The position numbers and the translations under genes are program-made. The notes beneath the pieces are model-generated. The model made no database searches. It saw only the letters and a list, made by a program, of their open reading frames with translations, and was not told the origin of the DNA. From NCBI GenBank assembly GCA_965603825.1, contig CBFDEM010000021.1:186001-250000 (forward strand): a DNA stretch of 64,000 nucleotides. The letters are read 5' to 3'. The stretch comes from Blepharisma stoltei ATCC 30299. Taxonomy: Eukaryota; Protista; Ciliophora. Within the stretch, counting starts at the first letter, position 1; every line of letters begins with the position of its first letter. Of this stretch, positions 1 through 12,244 are shown in pieces.

Positions 1-375
1 CTAGAAAATGACTTTTTAAATAATTCTCTAAAACCTAAATAATCAGGACGATCTTCAAAACCAAGCTCTTCTATGATATAGTTAAATTTGGTTTCGATTC
101 CTTTGGAAGGCCTTTGCATAATTCTCTGGATGATATATATATGCTTTTACCCAACATTTATCATTTGTTTGATATCAGTTAAAAATCTCCTCATCTTTTC
201 ATGACAAGTCTCCTTTTAGGAAGTTTAGAAATGTATATCCTAACGATTCCAGATCATCTTTTCTTGCCTGCTCTTTCCCAATATGAGTTATTATTGGCGC
301 ATACTTTGCTCTGCCAGCAAAATGCTTTCCTTTTCTATTAGGATTGGGGTTCCGTAATTTTTAGCGAGCCTGTAT
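1..375 (-). pseudogene. Degenerate casein kinase 1 C-lobe fragment, frameshifted (may run off the window edge)
   Basis: Minus-strand pieces YRLAKNY / NRKGKHFAGRAKYAPIITHIGKEQARKDDLESLGYTFLNFLKGDLSW / ICKGLPKE / LGFEDRPDYLGFRELF match CK1 (cf. 8484-9563) but lie in different frames. Confidence 0.75.
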
Positions 376-865
376 AACATATTAGACATATTAGAAGATT
401 TTTTGGGTTCCTTTACCTCCTTAAAGAATCCTGTAAGCTCTTCTTATAATGGTAGATCCATTTTTATAATGAATCATATCTATAGTAGTTTCACAATGTT
501 TGAAAGTCAAGGAAACTTAAGAATTATGGTTATGCAATTTTAAATTTTCAATTTGATAAATTTAAAAACATTATAAAATTAACAATTTTAATGCTCTGGA
601 AGAAATTTTTGAGGGCAAGATTAAGTAGAATAAAATAATAAAATAATTAAGAGATTATATAACAGAACTATAGATACCAAACTAATGGAAATTATATATA
701 TTTAAAAATAAATATTTATTTTATTTTATTAAATTACATTGAAATTGCATTAATTTTATAAGTCACTTGTAAATATAATTTAAAACCTTTTTACCATCAA
801 AAATTTCCTACTATCTCTTCTTAACAATTTTCTCTCCCCTTTAACTCATTTATTCCATAATAAAT

Positions 866-3280
866 ATGATCGCTCCAGTGGTTTCTCGCCAAGGCTCCTT
901 TCAAGAGATGAAAGACATAGAAGGCCCATCCATGAATCCAGCTGAAAACCAAACTACTTTCTTTAACAACGATACAGATCGGGATCCCCCAATTCTGATT
1001 CCCAAAGTCCCCATCCGCGAAAAAGTAATTCAATTCCTCGACTCCTATTTCATGATGGCTTTTATGGGACTTTTAGCAATTTACACCCTATTCGGTGACG
1101 ACATTCGGTCTTCATCCTTTCCCAAATCGACTGACGAAACTTTCTTTGCAATAGCCACCACTTGTTTTGCTATTTTCAGCTTAGAGTTCCTGATCTGCTG
1201 TATCTGCAAGAAAGATTACCCTTTTTCCTTTTATTTTTGGCTGGATTTAGTGTCTACACTATCTTTAATTCCAGACATAGGCTGGATGTGGGACCCTATT
1301 ATAGGGGTAAAAGACGACGATGATTCGCAGCATGAGTCCATGTACAAGCAAGCTAACCAGCAGTCAAGTGTCGCTAAAAGTGCTACCAAAGTATTGAGGA
1401 TTGTAAGACTTATAAGATTGATCAGGATTGTAAGACTCTATAAAAACGCTTCAGCAGCTGTAGAAAAGCATGAGTCAGACAGTGAAGATGAAGAAGAAAT
1501 CATAATCCCTAAAGAGTCACAAGTAGGGAAGCAGCTCAATGATTTGACGATAAAAAAAGTCATCATCATTATTTTGTGCCTGCTTTTTATACTCCCTCTA
1601 TTTGACACTGAGATGTGGACAACTAAACAGACTAGCTGGGATTACGGCCTTCAAGAAATAGAAAAATTCAAAGATGAGCCTGAAAACGTCTATACAGTCA
1701 TTAGCAAATATATTTCTTTTCATGAAGATGATGATAGACCTATAATTTATTTCATTCTTGTAAATCCCCAGCTGAAATTATTTTACAGCTGGTCTACAAC
1801 TACTGAAGTAAGCTCTTTAAGGTATTATGAAAAGCATTTTGCGACTGGAGATTTCTCAGTAGCAGTTTTTGACTTAAGATATGACACTAAATTTGCAGCA
1901 GAGCTAAACATTTATCAGACACTTTTTATATGTATTGTACTCACATTAGGAATTATTTATTTTTCTAAAGATGCTGATGTTCTGGTGATAAAACCAATTG
2001 AAAAAATGGTCCAAAGGGTATATGCTATTGCTAGAAACCCTATTACAGCAGGCCACAAACGGCATGAGTCAGCTTTTGACATCATAATGAAACAAAATAA
2101 AAGATTTTTGTGCTTTAAAACTAATGAAAGCGACGACAAAGCAAAATTTGAAATTGCGCTATTAGAAGACACCATTATTAAGGTCGGCGTTTTATTAGCA
2201 CTTGGCTTTGGAGAGGCTGGAGGGGATATTATTGCCTCCAATATGCAAAAAGATAAAGAGCTGGAGCTTGTAAAAGGAAATAAAATAGTGGCAGTCTTTG
2301 GGTTTTGTGATATCAGGAACTTCACAGACTCTACTGAAGAGCTTCAAGAATCTGTCATGATTTTTGTCAATGAAATCGCTAGAATTGTCCATACAATGGT
2401 CGACACTTATCATGGAGCTGCTAATAAAAATATTGGTGATGCATTTTTATTGGTATGAAAATTTTCAGAAAAAGATTTCTCAGTAGTTGATGGCAAAATC
2501 CAGCCTAACCCAGAGTCTTCAAAGGCAAAATATATCCCTGATTTAGCATTATTTTCATTTTTGAAAATTTTGGCGAAAATTAATAAAGACCCTGTTATTC
2601 TTAAGTACAGGGAACATACCAAACTGAATTTGAGAATGCCAAATTATGAAGTAAAAATGGGTTTCGGACTGCATATAGGCTGGGCTATTGAAGGAGCCAT
2701 TGGCAGCCAATTTAAAATTGATGCAAGCTACTTATCACCCCATGTGAATATGGCATCAAGATTTGAAGCTGCCACAAAGCAATATGGAGTCCCACTACTT
2801 TTTAGTGGGACTCTATATGACTACCTCAGCCCAAATGTGCAGACTTATTGCAGACATATTGATACTGTCACTGTAAAAGGAAGTATTCTTCCTATTAGAA
2901 TTTATACAAGTGACTGCGATTTTGCAGAGTTGACACCTTCAAAAGGAAGGGAAAGGACTAAGCAGCAGTCAAGGCATAAACGAAGAATTCTGGAAAGAAA
3001 ATTAGAAGGCGGGTCTATGAAGTCTTATGAGCTTTATGAGCTTTCTAAAGAAATCCAATCAATGAAAAAGCCGTTTACAAGGGAATTTTATGGAGCTTTT
3101 GGCGCTGGAATGAAGGCATACATTGAAGGGCGGTGGAATGACGCAAAAGAGAAGTTTGAAGAATGCTTAAAAATCAAGCCAAGAGATGGTCCGTCAATTA
3201 CCTTACTCGGGGTTATGTCAGAGTGTGATTTTGAAGTCCCAAATGATTGGAAAGGTTTCAGAGTTTTAACTGAAAAATAA
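866..3280 (+). CDS. Ion-channel (voltage-sensor)/class III adenylyl cyclase fusion with C-terminal TPR-like helix, 804 aa
   Basis: TGA 2456-2458 read as Trp joins two ORFs in frame; S4 repeat RIVRLIRLIRIVRLYK, LGFGEAG, FCDIRNFT, IGDAFLLVW, KIDASYLSPHVNMASR. Confidence 0.93.
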
Positions 3281-3403
3281 GGTTTATATATCTTTTTTCA
3301 TTATTTATTTTTCTCAAAAATTCTCTGTTTAATCACTTATTTAATTTTTGTTAATTTTATTATCTTTTCATTTATCAACATTCGCCTTCCATTTCCATAA
3401 AAA

Positions 3404-3832
3404 ATGCTTATCTACCTAAAGGGCTTGGAAAGCCTCCAAGCATATGAGTTCTCCCCAGATACAAAAATCGAAGAAATCATAAGCAGTGCAGAATGCGACA
3501 GTCTTCAATGGTGCGGACGTGCCTTACGCTCAGAATTAACCCTTGCAGACTATGGCATCACAAGCGAAAGCACTTTAGAAGCTTTATTAGCCCTAGAAGG
3601 AGGTAAGAGAAAGAAGAAAAAGAAAGTTTACACCACCCCAAAGAAAAAGGCCCACAAGAAAAAGAAGGTCAAACTCGCCGTTCTCAATATCTATAAGGTA
3701 GACAAGAGCGAAAAAGTCACCAGGACTAAGCGTGCCTGTGAAAAATGTGGAGCTGGAACATTCATGGCAAAGCATTTCAATAGACACTACTGTGGAAAAT
3801 GCCACGCGACCCAGCTGTTCTCACAAGCCTAA
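3404..3832 (+). CDS. RPS27A: Divergent ubiquitin-like domain fused to 40S ribosomal protein eS31/S27a
   Basis: LEGG|[14 protein letters not shown]...[22 protein letters not shown] zinc ribbon. Confidence 0.95.
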   Translation: MLIYLKGLESLQAYEFSPDTKIEEIISSAECDSLQWCGRALRSELTLADYGITSESTLEALLALEGGKRKKKKKVYTTPKKKAHKKKKVKLAVLNIYKVDKSEKVTRTKRACEKCGAGTFMAKHFNRHYCGKCHATQLFSQA

Positions 3833-3874
3833 GAATAGATATAATTTAGGATTTTTATGAAAAATATAGTAGAC

Positions 3875-4354
3875 TTAGAATCGTTTTAATTTAGATTGAA
3901 TAAGTGAACCCAATTTAAGCAGCTGTTTAGAATAAAGTGGTGTGAGAGAACTGCTATCAAGGGATTCCAAAGCTTCTTGGACATGAATTATGGTCTCAAG
4001 AGGAAGAAGTTCTTGGATTTGGGTTGCCGATCTTTTTGGAGATGAAAAACCTGAGGATGCTGATGATTCAAGAGAGCTTATTGAGCTGTAAAAAAGACCA
4101 GGATTTCTACGATATTTGTCAAATGGAGAAGTCCTTGGTGATTGGGATTTAAAATTAGACAGATCGGAGTAATGAGCTAGCTTTACTGGAGTTTTTTTGC
4201 GTCAGAGTTCGTTTCGGAGCTCAGTTCTAAAAGATTTTCAATGATTACGAGAAGATGGCTCACTTCGTGGGGTGGAATTGGAACTTTTGAAATTGGAGAG
4301 GGTTTTAGATTTGAAATCTGAGTAACTGTGATAATTTGAAGAACGTTGGGCCAT
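3875..4354 (-). CDS. Hypothetical Ser-rich protein, 159 aa (absent from ORF track)
   Basis: ATG 4354 open to TAA 3875 when two TGA are read as Trp. Confidence 0.7.
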
Positions 4355-4700
4355 TACTACAATTTTAAAGAGAAATTTTGATTTGAAAAAGTTACTAATA
4401 AATAGGAAAAAATAATTTAAGGTAATTTATCTGGAATTTTTAGGTTATTTTTGATGGTTTGTAGAGAAATATAAAGAGTAAAATATTTAATTGGAAGAAA
4501 ATAATCGAAAATATCTGATTACTAGAATTTCCCTCAGAGTCTACTCGTTAAATAGCTATGCATTTTATATAAATTTCCTTTCATATAAGAGCTAAATATT
4601 ATGTTCATAAACATCTCTGTTTATTTTTAAATCTTCATAATTACTAAAAAATTTATAATTCTTGTTTTTCTTGCAATAATTATACATCTATTTTATTTAT

Positions 4701-5234
4701 ATGGAAAATCATCAAGAAAGAGTTTTATCCCACCTAGCTGGACCTTTATGAAATGAATTTGAACGTCAATATTATGGCGATCTGACAATTGAAGACCACC
4801 AAATATTGCTCACTGAAGTGTTTTCTTTGCATGAAATCGCAAAAGAGCATTTAAATGTGCTATTTGAAATACCAAAAGCAAAGTAATAAATATTAAGTCT
4901 CGATGAAGCTCTGATAAGTGAAATAAATTCAAGTGAAGTGTGAGAAAGCCAAACTGCTATGAAAATTCTTAAAATTGAAACTGAATACCTCAAAAATCTT
5001 ACTGAAAAGCTGCAAAATATTCTATTAATGCCCAAAGAACAAGCTAAAAAAATGATTCAAGCCCAATTTCCTTATAAACCAGCTGTAAAGCCTACAAAAA
5101 AGCGCACTCCAAGAGGAATGCGTCTATTAAAAAGGCTCGGAGCAAAACAGCCGAAAGATACAACTAAGTATACATGCAATTTTGATTATATAAAAGCAGA
5201 AAGCATGCTGAAAGCAATGTATGAAAAATTTTAA
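4701..5234 (+). CDS. Hypothetical protein with one 15-nt intron
   Basis: ATG 4701, two TGA=Trp, intron 4883-4897 removes in-frame TAA and joins ORF 4959-5234. Confidence 0.75.
4883..4897 (+). other. 15-nt spliceosomal intron GTAATAAATATTAAG
   Basis: GTAA...AG, A at -6, removal restores ORF. Confidence 0.8.
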
Positions 5235-5416
5235 TTCGCTAAAATAGTTTTAATTACTTTTTAACCTTAATGCCACGCAAATTATCTTAAAAGTCATCAA
5301 TAAAGAGGCCATTGGCCTTACAAGTAAATTGCCTTGCTTTTCCACGCAAATTATCATACAGTTATTTATAATTTATAATGAAAAATTTAATTAGATTAAT
5401 TTCAATAATTATTATT

Positions 5417-6430
5417 TTAAGAAATCCCATTCATCAGATACGTCACATTCATAATTGCACTACTTTCAAAATGATCAATAATTAAAATATTCCCAATTTG
5501 ATAACGTTTAGCCATCATTTCATTAACAAAATCAGGCAGATATGGATTCGCAATATCAGCTAGCTCAATTAAAGTGTGAGGGTTTTTTGGTTTCACAGTT
5601 CCTATTACAGTCTGATCATTTGGAGTAAGTGTCCAGGAAATTTTAAAAATCTGATAAGGCAAAGTCATATTCATATACTGGGCTACAGTTTGTGTATTAA
5701 AATTAATCATAGTCTTCACAACTGGGCTGTCAGCATATGTATTATAAATCGAGTCCCCAGGCCAAATCACATTGCCATACCCAGATTCCATAGTAACAAT
5801 AGCTCTTTTCCCACTGTTTATCATATCATTAATAGTAAAATTAAATGCAAGATCAACTGGATAAATAAACTTGCCTAAGATATTTAATGTCATTTGTTGG
5901 AGATCTGCTATGTTTTGGGCTGTAGGGTATCCGTCAAAATGAGAAATCTCAATAATTACTATTTCAGTAGGATAGTCGTTTAAAAATTGTGAGATATTTT
6001 GCAAGATTTCTATAATTGGAGAGCCTATTAAATAGTGGAAAGTTACCCAGGTGTTGGTCACGTTATAGTAGCCAGCTCTTAAGTCAATATAGCGGATACC
6101 TCCGACTAGCTGGTTATAAATATTTTGATCTTGGGCGAGCTCCCAGGGTTTCATAACTGTGACCATGGGTTGCTCAGTTTCTTTTGATATAATTTCAAAT
6201 GCATTGTGGCACGCATAGTCTGCTCCGGGTAGTGGAGTGTCGCTAAGTCAGAATGCACCACTGTCGTGGGTACCTGGGAGAGTTAATTGTTTTAGAGTTT
6301 TACCTCCAATAATATTAAGTGAGCTCCCCATTCATGATGAGGCTTTAGGGTAAGCTTTAAATGTGCTAGAATTCGGTTTAGAGCAAGCTACTGCAAAGAA
6401 GGAAATAAATGCTATCAGTCTTAGCAACAT
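5417..6430 (-). CDS. Secreted PI-specific phospholipase C X-domain (PLCXD-like) protein, 337 aa
   Basis: Signal peptide MLLRLIAFISFFAVA; SW(TGA)M...LTLPGTHDSGAF, QL..GIRYIDLR, EIVIIEISHF. Confidence 0.88.
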
Positions 6431-6681
6431 ATTTTATTTTTAATATTTTCACAAAAGGTATTAGCATTTTCACATAAATTTTCATAATTATTTTTATTGT
6501 TTATTAAAATTCTTTTAAATATTAAGTTCATATACCTTCATAAAGAATTTATTTTCTTTTTACATTAATTTATAGTTTTAAAAGATTTTGCAATAATCAA
6601 TATCTGATTTTTAAACTAAAATCTTAATTTGAGCATTAATCATACTTTCCTTTACAATGATAACAGTTATTTACAATAAAT

Positions 6682-7746
6682 ATGAGTGACCATGAAGAAC
6701 AAGAAGAAGAAGAAAAAATCCCTCCTAAACTCCTAACTCCAGAAATAATCAAAAAAGGCTTATCACAGATTAGCTCTACCTTTGACGGCTCATCTTTTGC
6801 ATTTTCAAAACTCGATATCGAAAACAACGAGCTTGATTTGACATGTGAAGAATTAGGAAACTATGAAAACTTACGATACGCCAAATTATCAAAAAATAAA
6901 TTTACCAGCATCTCACCTTTAGAAAAACTCCCATATATAGTAAGACTAGAGCTTCAAGAAAATAAAATTTCTTCCCTAGCTGAATTCAATGTGGATCATA
7001 CTTTTCGATTCCTCCAAATCCTCGATTTAAGCAGCAACGCACTTACAGCTTTAACACCTATAAAACTCCCAATGCTTACTAGGCTAAACTTAAGCAGAAA
7101 CGAAATCGCAACAGCTGCAGCTTTTGAAGGACATAGAAATCTAAAAGTTTTAGAATTAAGAGGCAACAAGCTTACAAATCTAGCAGGAATCAACCATTTA
7201 AACTCTTTAGAAGAACTCTACCTCGCTGAAAACGCTATTACTTCATTAGAAGGCCTTGGAGACTTGCAGAAACTCAAAAAACTTCATTTAAGGAAAAACA
7301 ACATCCAAGTCCTTGAAGAAGAAAAACTTCCAAATTTGCCTAAATTAGAGTATTTAAATATAAGGGAAAATGAAATCGTAGACCCTCCAAAGCTCACAAG
7401 CTTATCAAAATTTTCCAAACTGCAAAAGCTGAATTTAATTGATTGTCCTTTAAATAAAGACCCAAGTGGCGAAGCTAAAAGAGAAATTTTAATATTTGTG
7501 CCTCATATAAAAAATATAAATAAAGAAGATGTAACAGAAGAAGAAAGAACTGAAGCCAAAGCTGATAAAGAAGAAAGAGACAGGATTGCAGAAGAAGCAA
7601 GAATTGAAGCAGAGAGAATCGAAAAAGAAGCAAAAGAAGAACAAGCGAGACAAGAAGCTTTAGAAAGAGAAGAAAGGGAAGAAAGAGAACGCCAAGAAGC
7701 CTTAGAAAGAGAAGAAAAAGAAAAGCAAGAGTCTCCAGAAGAATAA
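6682..7746 (+). CDS. LRRC23: Leucine-rich repeat ciliary protein (LRRC23-like) with charged tail
   Basis: SDS22-like LRRs (LKVLELRGNKL, LEELYLAENAI, LKKLHLRKNNI), VTEEERTEA. Confidence 0.8.
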   Translation: MSDHEEQEEEEKIPPKLLTPEIIKKGLSQISSTFDGSSFAFSKLDIENNELDLTCEELGNYENLRYAKLSKNKFTSISPLEKLPYIVRLELQENKISSLAEFNVDHTFRFLQILDLSSNALTALTPIKLPMLTRLNLSRNEIATAAAFEGHRNLKVLELRGNKLTNLAGINHLNSLEELYLAENAITSLEGLGDLQKLKKLHLRKNNIQVLEEEKLPNLPKLEYLNIRENEIVDPPKLTSLSKFSKLQKLNLIDCPLNKDPSGEAKREILIFVPHIKNINKEDVTEEERTEAKADKEERDRIAEEARIEAERIEKEAKEEQARQEALEREEREERERQEALEREEKEKQESPEE

Positions 7747-7762
7747 TTATTAAAATCTATCC

Positions 7763-8182
7763 TTAATTCGTGCCTGCTTGCTGCTCTTTTATTTTCTTTT
7801 GCAATGTCTGAACGACTAAATCCAAAGTCTTTCTCCTTTGATTAATATAATTTGAGACTTTGTCCATATTCTCCCTCAGCATCTTCATTTTTCTTTCACA
7901 AAATTCTTTGCCGCCGTCTCTGGTTTTTTCGACAAAATAACCAGTTCCGATCTCGACCATGACTTTATTAGGCTCAATCAGCCTGCCAGGGACATAGACG
8001 CTTGCGGTTAAAGGCACAAGTACGTCTCTTGCTTCTAAATCTTCAAGGGCAGTTCTGGATGCCATGTATTTTGTTCTTGCATGTCTGAGCTGGGCAAAAG
8101 ATGTTGTGAGTTTTTCGAGTTCTTCTTCAAGCTGGCCTTTAATTGCATGGAGCTGCTGGGGTGAAAGAGTTTCTGCGTCCAT
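7763..8182 (-). CDS. PFDN5: Prefoldin alpha subunit 5
   Basis: VLVPLTASVYVPG...VMVEIGTGYFVEK; ATG at 8182 (MDAETL). Confidence 0.93.
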   Translation of the reverse strand: MDAETLSPQQLHAIKGQLEEELEKLTTSFAQLRHARTKYMASRTALEDLEARDVLVPLTASVYVPGRLIEPNKVMVEIGTGYFVEKTRDGGKEFCERKMKMLRENMDKVSNYINQRRKTLDLVVQTLQKKIKEQQAGTN

Positions 8183-8483
8183 TTTGGCTATTATTAAAAT
8201 AAAAATTGAGATGAAATTGAAGTCTAAATTCAGCTGGATAATCAAATTTTTCTTGAGTTTGTGATTTATATTAAATATTTTATTCTTCTAAGGCTTAAAA
8301 TTCAGTTCTTTTTATACAAAAATCAATAGAAAAATTTTATAAATTAGAATTAGCTATCAGTGCTTTATAAGCACATTTAGTTAAAAAATTATTGCTACTT
8401 ATAAGTTATGCATTACAAATTATCATCATTTTTTGATTATTATGTAGCTGAATCACGATAATATTATAGTTCAAATTTACGAA

Positions 8484-9563
8484 TTAAAAAATTATACATT
8501 TTGATTTTTTCTCAATTTTTTCAGGAGATTGTTCTTCTTGCTTCGGAGACTTTTGCGACTCTTTTATTATTGCACTTGCGTTGACTGCTTCTCTGCTTAC
8601 ATTTAAATCTTTTTCCCCTCTTGATGCTTTTTTCTCTTCAGTTAGTGGCCGAGCTCTGCGGATTCTTGAGCTAGAATAATTTAATAAAGTCCAATCAAAG
8701 ACATAATCATATTCATAGCCTTCTCTAGTAAACAAATCTTTAAACAGCCTTCTAATATAACTGTAGTCAGGCTTATCTTCAAATTTCAATGATTTACAAT
8801 AGGTTATATAAGTAGCAAACTCATTCGGAAATCCTCTGCATAGCACTTCTACTGGTGTCCCCATTTTTCGTTCTAGTATTTTTTGGTATTTTTCTTGCTT
8901 TCCTGTTGCTGTTATCCCTTGCCATGGCAAAGTGCCTCTTAAGAAATACATTAAAACATATCCGATTGCTTCTAAGTCGTCTCTTCGGCTTTGCTCTATC
9001 CCTAGATGAGTGTTAGTTGAGGCATATCTAGCAGTTCCTGTAAGATTTTTCCCTTCAACATAAGGAATATGCTTATGGGTTTTTGGGTCTCGGAATTTTT
9101 TAGCAAGCCCAAAGTCAATAATATGGATTAAACTGCTGCGCTTTCCAAGACCAATCAAAAAATTGTCAGGCTTTATATCTCGATGTATAAAATTTTTAGA
9201 GTGGACATATTCTACACGACAAACCAACTGATCTGCAAGCATAAGGACTGTTTTCAAGGTAAATCTTCTATTGCAAAAGTTAAATAAGTCTTCTAAGCTT
9301 GGACCCAATAAATCCATTACCATTACGTTGAAATTTCCTTCTATGCCATATCATAAGACACCTGGAAGTCCTGGGCCACCTTGCAGCAATTTTATTAATT
9401 TGCTCTCATACATTAGCTGAGGATGTTTTGTATTGACATTTTCCAATTTTATTGCAACTTCTTCGTTCGTTTGAATGTTTATTCCTAAGAAAATTTCCCC
9501 AAAAGACCCACTTCCAATTTTTTTCCCTAATCTATACCTTCCTCCAACTCTGATATCAAGCAT
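8484..9563 (-). CDS. CK1: Casein kinase 1 (delta/epsilon-like), 359 aa, C-terminal CaaX (CIIF)
   Basis: [19 protein letters not shown] 9351-9353=Trp (VLWYG), [27 protein letters not shown]. Confidence 0.97.
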
Positions 9564-10667
9564 ATTTATATTTAAATGATGCTAAATAGACAAAAGAATA
9601 TAAATAATGTTATTTTTTTGAGGAGTAAGATATTATCTTTCAAAAATTAGCACATTAATTCGGTTTTTTACCTATAAACTTTCTTTTGATATTTTCATAG
9701 AAAATTGAAATTTGCCTTTGAATCTTATAAGCTATTTATAAGAAATTTCAGAATGTAAATCAAATAGGATAAACAGCAAGGTACTTATAATGGAATATAT
9801 GTCAATTTATATCATAATATTTTTATTTTGCGTAAGATCATCGAAGTGAATTAATTTTGTTTAGCTTTATTTATGCTTCGTGTTAAAGTGTTTTAATTAA
9901 GGAATAGGATAGTTAGGAAATCAATTGCCTCGTCAGCAAAATTTATGTTTCATGAGTTAAGGAAATAGTAAAATTTATATGGCTAGTTTCCAAAATTTTT
10001 TTGAGGATTTGGGATGTACAGAATAATAATTTTTTAAGTGTTAATAAATTGCTTTAAGAATTTAAATAATTAGAATTATTTATGGCCGATTAATTGAAAG
10101 CTAAATCCTTTTAATCAGTTAACCATATTCAGTAATTTAGATGCCAAAACTATGGAGAAGGTCGAATTTACTATGAGATTAAAAGCAAAACTTTTTTATC
10201 AAAACTGTCATATTTAAAGGCAGATAATAATTAAAATAAATCTAGCAACGATTATTACTTTTAATAATCAAAATTCAGAATTTTGTGTGGCATAGACATT
10301 TTCTTAGTAATCTTGGCTTAGTAAAATGTTGCCATCAAAGCTCTTCAAGCAATGCAAAAATACATACTAAGCCAAATTATATTAAAGTGTATCATTTAGC
10401 TTAGTATCACTGATTTTTAGATCTAAATCAGATATTACTTCCTTATTAGCTTTTGAATAACATTTATAAATTCTAAAAATGAAAGAATTATAAGAAAAGA
10501 GAACGCTCAAAAATTATAAAACTTGCATTACATTAATTTAATTATTTATCAACATCTTTCAATTAATCATAAAAATTAATTCGACTGACTTGTTTTTTAA
10601 AGTGGAAAGATAATGGTGGATTAATGGTGCCAAATTGAGCAGGATAAAAATCATAGTAATAAATAAA

Positions 10668-11240
10668 ATGCAAAGACTCGCCGCCGAGCTCGATACCACA
10701 ATTCTCCCAAGACCATTTTTCCTAATCACAACTGAGCTTGATGGCAACCCACCATCGAAAACTTATAAATGCGATTCCTGCGACCTCTCTTTCCAAAGCT
10801 TTTTCGCCCTTAAGATCCACAAATATTCGGATCAAGAGTCGAGCAGCCTTCTAAGTTCCGGAGTTTCGTTAAAAACCCCAACTTCACCAATTTCTGCACC
10901 GACTAAGTGCAGTTTCAACCAAATTTTAGGACAAGAAGAAATAATTAAAACCAATAAAATTGAAGCCTTCCAGTGTACAGAGTGTAAAAAAGAATTCAAA
11001 AATTCCAAAGGACTTCAGCAACATGTTGGAAAAGTTCATGACCTTGATAACAAACAAGCTCATTGTCATATTTGTTTAAAAAAATTTAGACATAAGCATG
11101 CGGTAAAATTTCATATAAGCCAAGTCCATGAAAAAACGACAAGAATTTCCTGTGAATATTGTAAAAAAACCCTTTACAATAAGTATTTGTTGGAGGATCA
11201 CGCTATAAGATGCCCAATGAAAACTGAGCTTTATCAGTAG
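10668..11240 (+). CDS. C2H2 zinc-finger protein
   Basis: CTECKKEF...HVGKVH, CHICLKKF...HISQVH, CEYC; first ATG at 10668. Confidence 0.85.
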   Translation: MQRLAAELDTTILPRPFFLITTELDGNPPSKTYKCDSCDLSFQSFFALKIHKYSDQESSSLLSSGVSLKTPTSPISAPTKCSFNQILGQEEIIKTNKIEAFQCTECKKEFKNSKGLQQHVGKVHDLDNKQAHCHICLKKFRHKHAVKFHISQVHEKTTRISCEYCKKTLYNKYLLEDHAIRCPMKTELYQ

Positions 11241-11953
11241 GAATACTTTTGAAAATAGAATTATATAAATATAAAAACTGATTTTTTTATTTTCGCGGGA
11301 ATTCTTAATAATTATTTAATAAACTCAAAATAAATTGAGGTATTTACATAGCGATAATATTTTCTTAGTTTAAATTTGTACATTTAATTTACTATTATTA
11401 TTTTCGCATTATAAATGGGAAGAAATGGTGCCAATCTTCTATCTAAATAAATTCAAAGCCTACTATTTTTGCTAAGTTGATGATTTGGTAATTTTCATTA
11501 TTAATCACGATCTAGATGAAAATTTCTAGGTTACATATATTTATATAATTCAATTCTGTTAATTATGCAGAAAAAATAAAGATATTAAAACATAAAATTA
11601 ATTTGCTATCATGAAATATAATAATTGAGCTATTTCCAAATTCTTTATTATTTGAAGAAAATAATGTGTATGCTAAATCCGACAATTAGGGAATTAAAAT
11701 ATTAATTTTATTTGAATTCAGCCTAGCAATCAGCTTAGTCTCAAACTGCTATAAAAAGCTTTATCTTAATCTTAACATCAGCTAAAGATATTTTTATATC
11801 TATATTATAGATATTCATTAATTTCTGGAACTTTACCAAGATAAAATAAATCGAACTACATTTGTAGAGTTTTTGATTGAAAATTTATAGTTAAAATATG
11901 AGATTAATGGATGAGTAAAACTATTTTATAATAAATTTGATCTGATAGAGAAA

Positions 11954-12244
11954 ATGAGCAGTGAAATGTGCGAAAAATTCATCGATGATTGGATGACAGA
12001 GATGAACAACGAACTCGATAAAACCTCGAAAGCAAAAGCTTCTGCTTACAATTTTGATTTTTCCGTTGAAAAAGAAATTGAAATTTCTTCCCCGAGATTT
12101 GAGTGGTCAAGTGATCATTCATTTATTGAAGAAAATTCTTCCAAAGCCCGTAAAAATAATAGCCGAATCTCCAATATCAAGATTGCGGAATTTAATAGCA
12201 GTTTTGGGAAACTTGTTTCTAAAATGCAAAATAGCTCATTATAA
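11954..12244 (+). CDS. Small protein with Cip/Kip/KRP-type CDK-inhibitor motif
   Basis: KASAYNFDFSVEKEIEISSPRFEW resembles the CDI signature YNFDF...RYEW. Confidence 0.65.
   Translation: MSSEMCEKFIDDWMTEMNNELDKTSKAKASAYNFDFSVEKEIEISSPRFEWSSDHSFIEENSSKARKNNSRISNIKIAEFNSSFGKLVSKMQNSSL

Noticed and set aside
2456-2458. In-frame TGA as pseudogenising stops or selenocysteine
   Set aside because: They recur in many genes at Trp-conserved, not Cys-conserved, positions with intact downstream frames
4883-4897. TAA/TAG read-through (Condylostoma- or Tetrahymena-type code)
   Set aside because: Every internal TAA/TAG found lies inside a consensus 15-16 nt intron; long genes contain none
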